Below are positions 56,187 to 61,682 of a stretch of DNA of 61,682 bases, one piece after another. Under the pieces are notes generated by a model. That model made no database searches. It was not told the origin of the DNA and was given only the letters and a program-made list of their open reading frames with translations. The DNA lies in NCBI GenBank assembly GCA_026394215.1, contig JAPKYR010000193.1, forward strand, positions 1 through 61,682, read 5' to 3'. Made by a program: the position numbers and the translations under genes. The stretch comes from a bacterium (GTDB lineage: Bacteria; JAJVIF01; JAPKYR01). Position 1 is the first letter of the stretch. Each line of letters begins with the position of its first letter.

Positions 56187-58124
56187 ATGGCGAAAAATCG
56201 TTTTTTACATTTTACATGCTTTATTTTTCTTCTCATGGTTTTACTCGGCTGCTCGGAGAACCCGGGCGCTCCGACCGATCCTGGGAAAACCGATTCGAAA
56301 GAAATCGACGCCTCGTCGCACATCCTTCTCGGCTTCTGGGATGCGAATGTAATTCCCGACAATCATGGTTCGGCGGAAATATCTTTTGCCCCCGTACGAA
56401 CATCGCAGGTGCATCTCAATGTCCTGGGCATTCTCCAGGATACCCCCGGCAAACTGACGATTGAGGGACCGATCTCATTCACAGACAATATCCTCGAATT
56501 CACGCTTCGATTTCATCACCCGCTCGATATCCCGAATTACACGGTTTTCGATATGCGCGGGATTTTTATCGGGCACGGCTCGAAATCCGGATTCAGCGAG
56601 GGACTAATCTATGCCGACGATACCGATTTCCAACTCCTCAACGCCGATGGGCTTACCCGACTCTGGAATCCAGCCGAATATTCAGGGCTTGGCTATGTCG
56701 ACGGTCACCTTGGCACGCCGAATTCCGTCGCAAATTACACAGCGACACTCAATGGTTACAAATATTTCGCTACCGACCTCGATCCCGATCAGGATGTCAC
56801 AACGATGGATACATCCAACCGCGGCGCGTTTTTGGTGAGTCAAAGCGCTGCACGGCATATTGTCATGAAATTCGCGGACTACGGATTCCAGTTTCAGTAT
56901 GCAGTCGATGTAAACTGGTGGACGCCGACTCTACCGGTGGTTGTTCCCGACAGTTTCGATGTTACTCGCGCGAACTGCCCGGAACCGTATCAACTCAGCG
57001 TATGGGTCGGACCCGGAATTACTGGCGATGGCGGATCGACTCAGATGATGGTCGATGTTTACGACTGGCAGGATGATGTATCCAATATGTATGTGGAAGC
57101 GCCATTACTTTTCGATGGCCCGATCACACTCTCCGATCCAGTCGATATGGGCGGATTTTCAAGGTTTCAAGGAATTATGGAGAATCTGAACTTACCGCCT
57201 GACAATTCCGCCGATCTGCTTTTCTATGCTGAAGGTACCGACCCTGTATCCATGAAAGTTTTCAGGACTTACAGATTATTCAGCCTGCCGCTGCCCCGAA
57301 CTCCTTCCGAAGGAGTAATAATCACGCTCCAGGACGATATGGCGTATAAAACTATCGGTGTGAACTACGGTTACGGCGGCTCCACATACGATTATGCGGG
57401 CGGAAATCCGGCTCCCCTCGACCCGTCTGATTCGAACGGCCCGTGGGATTTCACACAGATTCCCGCAGATGGAAGCTCCGTACGGTCTGCTCTCGCGAAG
57501 ACAGATCCGGCAGTATCGGGTTTTGCCGGGAGTTTCAGCGGTTATACCCAATACTTCTTCCAGACTCAAATGTCCCTTGGGTCCACCCCAGAGGATGTAT
57601 ACCAAGCCGAAGAACATTACGAAGGTGGAAATTTGCTTCGCATGTGGGGAATTTACTATAACGGGACAGCTCTTCCCGAAGGCGTCAATCCCGCAATACC
57701 TCTCGACCCGCCGATCGATTTCCCCTATCCGATGGACATCAACACACATTACGTCATCGACAAGGAATATATCATCGTGAAAGTCGGCCCAGTTGTTTTA
57801 CTGAGCCTTCAGGTCCATTTCGAAACATGGGGAATCGGAGAAGGTCCTGCGTTTGTTCCCGAAACGCCCGGTGTCAACGGCTGGGGATGGAATACGCAGC
57901 CGGTCCTGGTTACCCGTACGGTTGCGAGCCTCGCGACCGGAGGCACACTCGGTCAGGGCTCGATGGGTAACGGGCTGATTTACCAGTGGATCGCAGATGA
58001 CGGCACGCTTTACGGCTCTATCATGGCCGGTAACGGCACCAGCGGCGACCCGAATTATAATGAAGTGACCTACGAAATCATCGGCTCCGCCAGCGCCAAC
58101 GCCCTGAGGTCGATAACTGAATAA
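56187..58124 (+). CDS. large lipoprotein, paralog B of the three-member family
   Basis: Perfect lipobox LLGC. The shared module reads EISFAPVRTSQVHLNVLGIL...FDMRGIFIG...LLNADGLTRLWNP...ATLNGYKYF. Confidence 0.6.
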   Translation: MAKNRFLHFTCFIFLLMVLLGCSENPGAPTDPGKTDSKEIDASSHILLGFWDANVIPDNHGSAEISFAPVRTSQVHLNVLGILQDTPGKLTIEGPISFTDNILEFTLRFHHPLDIPNYTVFDMRGIFIGHGSKSGFSEGLIYADDTDFQLLNADGLTRLWNPAEYSGLGYVDGHLGTPNSVANYTATLNGYKYFATDLDPDQDVTTMDTSNRGAFLVSQSAARHIVMKFADYGFQFQYAVDVNWWTPTLPVVVPDSFDVTRANCPEPYQLSVWVGPGITGDGGSTQMMVDVYDWQDDVSNMYVEAPLLFDGPITLSDPVDMGGFSRFQGIMENLNLPPDNSADLLFYAEGTDPVSMKVFRTYRLFSLPLPRTPSEGVIITLQDDMAYKTIGVNYGYGGSTYDYAGGNPAPLDPSDSNGPWDFTQIPADGSSVRSALAKTDPAVSGFAGSFSGYTQYFFQTQMSLGSTPEDVYQAEEHYEGGNLLRMWGIYYNGTALPEGVNPAIPLDPPIDFPYPMDINTHYVIDKEYIIVKVGPVVLLSLQVHFETWGIGEGPAFVPETPGVNGWGWNTQPVLVTRTVASLATGGTLGQGSMGNGLIYQWIADDGTLYGSIMAGNGTSGDPNYNEVTYEIIGSASANALRSITE

Positions 58125-58220
58125 TTTTTCGTAACGCAGGACGCTGTCCCGCACTCTCCCCCTTGAACGCACTCTATATATCTGCTAACTTTCTCCCGAT
58201 TAAACTCAGGGAGGATTTCT

Positions 58221-59381
58221 ATGCGTTCAATCACAATCTTTTTATCGATCATGGCGTTAATCTTTATCGGGATTTCATCTCCCCTGCTTGCAGACGATGT
58301 CGAAGGTATAGACTGGACCAATCCCGACTCGATCAATCCCTTACAGGAGGGAGTAGGGGATTTTCTGGACATAAACCTCGATGAAGCCCGACAACTCGCG
58401 TACGATAAGTACATGGCCGGCGATTATGAAACCGCCGCGAAATATTACCTCGCGATTCTACGGTTCAATATCACCGACGGGAGCAGCATTTATAATCTCG
58501 CTTGCTGCTACGGTCTTATGGGGGAAGCGGAACTGGCCGCGAAATTTGTCGAGAGGGCTTATAATGCGGGTTACACGGATGTGGGTTGGATAAACAGCGA
58601 TCCGGATTTTGATTCCGTAAGGGATAATCCGGTCTTTACGCTCACTCTCGCTGCTCTTATCGAACGTGCAAGCGAAGAGGAATCCAAACTCGGCGACTTG
58701 ATCTACCTCGACGCCGAAGGTTTTTTCGAGTGCCGGATAATGCTCCCGGATAACTACGATCCCGCAAAACAATATCCGCTAATCGTCGGCCTGCATGGAT
58801 ACGGCAGCAATATCGACCAGTTTATCGGGCTATACGCTAAATTCCAGAACCACGATTTTATCTACGCGACGCCTCGCGCGCCGTTCCCATTTTTCAACGG
58901 CAGTAACCTCGGTTATAGCTGGAACGAGGGTGATCCGAACGATGACAGTTTCCAGGCGAGAAGCACCGAACTTGCGATCGAATATGTCGCGGGCGCGGTC
59001 GGGCAATTGAAAGAACGGTACAATGTGGGTGATGTATACCTCCTCGGATTTTCACAGGGATGCGGGCTTACATATATGGCGGGGATCACGCACCATGAGA
59101 TATTCGATGGGTTGATCTGTTTCGGGGGATGGGTCGATACGGATTACCTTGATGAGGAAACTTTACGAGCTGGAAACGACTTGAGAGTTTTTATCGGGCA
59201 TGCGACCGATGACAGGGTTGTCGAGTATCAAAATGGAGTAGATGCGCGAGACCTGCTCATGGGGTATGGGTACGATGTGACCTTTTTCGATTTCGAGGGC
59301 GGCCACAGCGTGCCGGAGATTGCCATCGGCAGTGTCGAGCAGTGGTTGAAGGGAACGGATGGAAATTTCATTTATTTCTGA
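58221..59381 (+). CDS. secreted TPR + alpha/beta-hydrolase (phospholipase/carboxylesterase family) protein
   Basis: Signal peptide, TPR-like segment (GDYETAAKYYLAILRFN...YNLACCYGLMGE), then LIVGLHGYGSN and the nucleophile elbow GFSQG, with a late Asp/His. RBS GGGAGGA. Confidence 0.7.
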   Translation: MRSITIFLSIMALIFIGISSPLLADDVEGIDWTNPDSINPLQEGVGDFLDINLDEARQLAYDKYMAGDYETAAKYYLAILRFNITDGSSIYNLACCYGLMGEAELAAKFVERAYNAGYTDVGWINSDPDFDSVRDNPVFTLTLAALIERASEEESKLGDLIYLDAEGFFECRIMLPDNYDPAKQYPLIVGLHGYGSNIDQFIGLYAKFQNHDFIYATPRAPFPFFNGSNLGYSWNEGDPNDDSFQARSTELAIEYVAGAVGQLKERYNVGDVYLLGFSQGCGLTYMAGITHHEIFDGLICFGGWVDTDYLDEETLRAGNDLRVFIGHATDDRVVEYQNGVDARDLLMGYGYDVTFFDFEGGHSVPEIAIGSVEQWLKGTDGNFIYF

Positions 59382-59439
59382 AATATACGAAATATTAATC
59401 ATTTTTACATATTAAAGAGAACATTACGCGCTATAAAAA

Positions 59440-59472
59440 ATCCCGCGCTAATCTGAAGATCATGCGCGGGAT
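59440..59472. terminator. hairpin between convergent genes (bidirectional terminator candidate)
   Basis: ATCCCGCGC-(15 nt)-GCGCGGGAT has a 9-bp GC-rich stem, with an A-run on the 5' side and an A/T-rich 3' side. Confidence 0.5.
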
Positions 59473-59516
59473 ACAAATTACATAGGATGAGTAAGACGCA
59501 CTGCCGTGCGGTTCCA

Positions 59517-61622
59517 CTAATTGACTATTTTATAAATATCAACTAACCCGGCAGGGTCAGGGACATATAATATCTCATTGACTGTATCCAACCCCATATA
59601 GCATGGATTGAGCGCAGATGATTCCACTGAATACACAAGCTCATTTAAGGCTGGATTAATTACGTAAATTGAGCCCTTGCCCGCGAATACCTGTCCGGTT
59701 GCGAACAGGTAGCCGCTCACAGGGTCGTATTTCAGCGCCATGATTAATTTGGTGTTGGGTTCGTTCACTATTACGGAACCGCTGTAGGCATTGTTGTTCA
59801 TATCGTAAAAATCAACCATTCCGGAGAAGTGCCCCGCGACATAGAGCGAGTCATTGTCCGGGATATACGCCATTCCGACAACAGCCTGACCCGCCTCTTC
59901 AACATTGGAGCTCATGGCGAAAAGTTCCTGTGCGTTATGAGAAATCGTGTCGACACCCCAGATGGTGTTGCTTAGCTCGCAAACGACATAGAGCATATGC
60001 TTGCTATCAGCCAAATAAATCGAAGTGGGGCCGTCGCCGACATCGAAACGCATAATAGCCGGCTCAAGAGTCCCGGCCGAAACAACCCCGACTTGATCCT
60101 CAGCATACATGGAGAACCAGACATTTCCAGAAGCCTCGTCGCACTTGAAATCAAGCGGAATAGTGTCGTTAAACCCATGTTCCGATGGGAGATCGAAATT
60201 ATGGGCCAGCGCCTTGGTCGTTATATTAAGCACCGATACGTCATAGACCCATCCAGGGTCATCAAGGCTGGTCGCGCAATAGAACTCCTGGGTGCTTTCG
60301 CAGAATCCGGTTCCACCTGTCTCCATCATCAGCGGGAATCCGCTTTCAACAAAGAATGAGCTGTCGATCCCGATGAATTTCTGAGCGTTTTTCCATGGGA
60401 ACGGGCTGAACCAGCATGTAAGATCGTCCGTATTGTAAAACCCCTCAAATACGCTAAAACCGCCGGTATCGACCGTTTCCTGGAGAGCCAATGGCGGGAC
60501 TACATCAAGGTAAAAAATATTATATGCCACCGTGTATCCGACAACGGCCGTGAATATCTGATCCTCCGCTGAGATAAGAATGGGATATCTCCCGATAGGG
60601 GCATTCAACTCGTTAGGCACTGTCGCATGGTAAAGGCCATAAAGCCCATCGTCGCTGACAAATGACGCCTCGATAACCCCTATGAAAAGCTCCGGGGCTT
60701 CAAGAAGAACTACGCCGATCGTACCGGCCCCCTGCCAGTCGTAGATTCGAATATCGAGGTTAAATTCACCGCCTAAAGGGGTTACATTTCCCGTTGTATC
60801 TTCCTCGATTTTATACGCTTCCAAAGCGTTGGCGGTCTCCGGAAAATCTCCCGGCACATCCGGGTCCTGGAGAGGAACGGGAAGGTTATAACCGCAGTCG
60901 AAAGCATAGCCAATGTTTAAAACCTCAGTGTCGGGATCCGGCGGAATCCTTAAATAGTAGTGCTGTGTGACAACCTGGCCGCATTCAAATGCGTGGCGTT
61001 CGGGAAGCGTATAAAATTCCTTGTACGGATTCAGGGTAGCTGTGGTGTTGTATCCCGTAACTGCATATTGGGCCTCAAAATATTCAAACAACGGCTGGTT
61101 GAACTGATCCATCGGCCATTTATCTGGACACCATAAAGTGGAATACCCGTCGGCATTGACAATTGAGTAATTGTTGCTTCCATAATAACTCCAGACAAGA
61201 CCATGTTCCGAGAAATTGTAACCGCCGTTCACAATGAAAATCCCGTGAACATCGAATGCAGTCATGTTGGAACTATTAACAGGATGAGTCAGGGTAAAGG
61301 TAATGTCGAAGTCGCCTTCCGGGGTCATCCCGGGAATATCGGCCACAAAACAGGGGCCGCTCACGCATTCCTGTATTATCTTTGTGATGTTGAAATGAAA
61401 CTGGGCATTATGACTGGGCACCGCCTCGATCGTCATATTGGCGGGGTCAATATAGAGGCGCCCGTATGAAAGAAGGTAGCGGTCATTGACCCCTGTAGCG
61501 GTATCGCCTGTTATATCCTGGCTGGCGGGATCGGATGTGACAGGATTTGATCCAGCTCCGGAACATCCGGCAATCGCTATCAGGCAGAATAAAAATGCTG
61601 AAATAAATAAACTCTTAGACAT
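59517..61622 (-). CDS. large lipoprotein, paralog C of the three-member family; C-terminal beta-propeller-like region
   Basis: Perfect lipobox IAGC. The shared module reads TIEAVPSHNAQFHFNITKII...FDVHGIFIV...IVNADGYSTLWCP...ATLNPYKEF. The C-terminal repeats (LYVAGHFSGMVDFYD, YLFATGQVFAGKGSIYVINP, ILYVPDPAGLVDIYK) suggest a propeller. Confidence 0.6.
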   Translation of the reverse strand: MSKSLFISAFLFCLIAIAGCSGAGSNPVTSDPASQDITGDTATGVNDRYLLSYGRLYIDPANMTIEAVPSHNAQFHFNITKIIQECVSGPCFVADIPGMTPEGDFDITFTLTHPVNSSNMTAFDVHGIFIVNGGYNFSEHGLVWSYYGSNNYSIVNADGYSTLWCPDKWPMDQFNQPLFEYFEAQYAVTGYNTTATLNPYKEFYTLPERHAFECGQVVTQHYYLRIPPDPDTEVLNIGYAFDCGYNLPVPLQDPDVPGDFPETANALEAYKIEEDTTGNVTPLGGEFNLDIRIYDWQGAGTIGVVLLEAPELFIGVIEASFVSDDGLYGLYHATVPNELNAPIGRYPILISAEDQIFTAVVGYTVAYNIFYLDVVPPLALQETVDTGGFSVFEGFYNTDDLTCWFSPFPWKNAQKFIGIDSSFFVESGFPLMMETGGTGFCESTQEFYCATSLDDPGWVYDVSVLNITTKALAHNFDLPSEHGFNDTIPLDFKCDEASGNVWFSMYAEDQVGVVSAGTLEPAIMRFDVGDGPTSIYLADSKHMLYVVCELSNTIWGVDTISHNAQELFAMSSNVEEAGQAVVGMAYIPDNDSLYVAGHFSGMVDFYDMNNNAYSGSVIVNEPNTKLIMALKYDPVSGYLFATGQVFAGKGSIYVINPALNELVYSVESSALNPCYMGLDTVNEILYVPDPAGLVDIYKIVN

Positions 61623-61682
61623 AATCTGAACCTCCAGGGTTGGACTATCCCCAACTGGTTTTTCCCTTTCCTACATTATATC

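Noticed and set aside
1-61682. An alternative genetic code (UGA read as Gly or Trp) as the explanation for the two in-frame TGAs
   Set aside because: Many homology-supported genes end at TGA at their expected length (accC, both sigma54 activators, the kinase, the NuoF::GltD fusion, surE, the transposase). Several use ATGA or TGATG stop/start overlaps. TGA is therefore a normal stop in this genome.
1-61682. CRISPR arrays, rRNA or tRNA genes
   Set aside because: The only short repeats are dispersed palindromes, not regularly spaced direct repeats. Intergenic regions are short, and none showed rRNA or tRNA cloverleaf hallmarks by eye. A tRNAscan/Rfam run would be needed to exclude them formally.

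Overview
This is a densely coded 61.7-kb chromosomal window of roughly 50% GC by eye. It looks like an anaerobic, sigma54-rich bacterium of uncultivated type.

**Housekeeping genes called with confidence:** ppdK (5' part, runs off the left edge), accC plus a BCCP, surE, folE, smc, rnc, a CobB-type sirtuin, mnmA, an MFS transporter and a LonC/LonB-like protease.

**Regulators:** a GAF histidine kinase, two intact NtrC-type sigma54 activators, one internally deleted sigma54 activator (pseudogene), and an unusual REC-RAM-RAM response regulator.

**Most interesting content:** two paralogous NuoE/NuoF (HydC/HydB, Bfu-type) flavin/FeS electron-input modules, each wired to GltD/NfnB-type reductase domains. 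Neither has a hydrogenase or a catalytic formate dehydrogenase partner.
- Module (i), 16.2-23.3 kb, sits behind a near-consensus -24/-12 promoter next to its own kinase/activator pair. It encodes a small Cys-rich protein, NuoE with a zinc-ribbon tail, a 1056-aa NuoF::GltD fusion, a 2Fe-2S/4Fe-4S ferredoxin and an FMN glutamate-synthase-core-like protein.
- Module (ii), 34.9-42.2 kb, encodes the REC-RAM-RAM regulator, NuoE, NuoF/HydB and a 1241-aa protein. That protein combines a 2Fe-2S domain, a GltD-like reductase, 4Fe-4S domains and a non-catalytic molybdopterin-like domain (Stn-like).

**Accessory DNA:**
- an IS1182-family transposase;
- an AT-rich BglII-like type II R-M pair, with AGATCT apparently absent from the whole window;
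- a RAYT (Y1 transposase) remnant;
- at least five REPIN-like long palindromes (GGGGAC...GTCCCC), some arms of which match the sigma54 -24/-12 consensus.

**Other observations:** three large lipoproteins share an unannotated N-terminal module. Two genes have an in-frame TGA between a strong RBS/ATG and the rest of the ORF. I recognised no rRNA, tRNA or CRISPR array.
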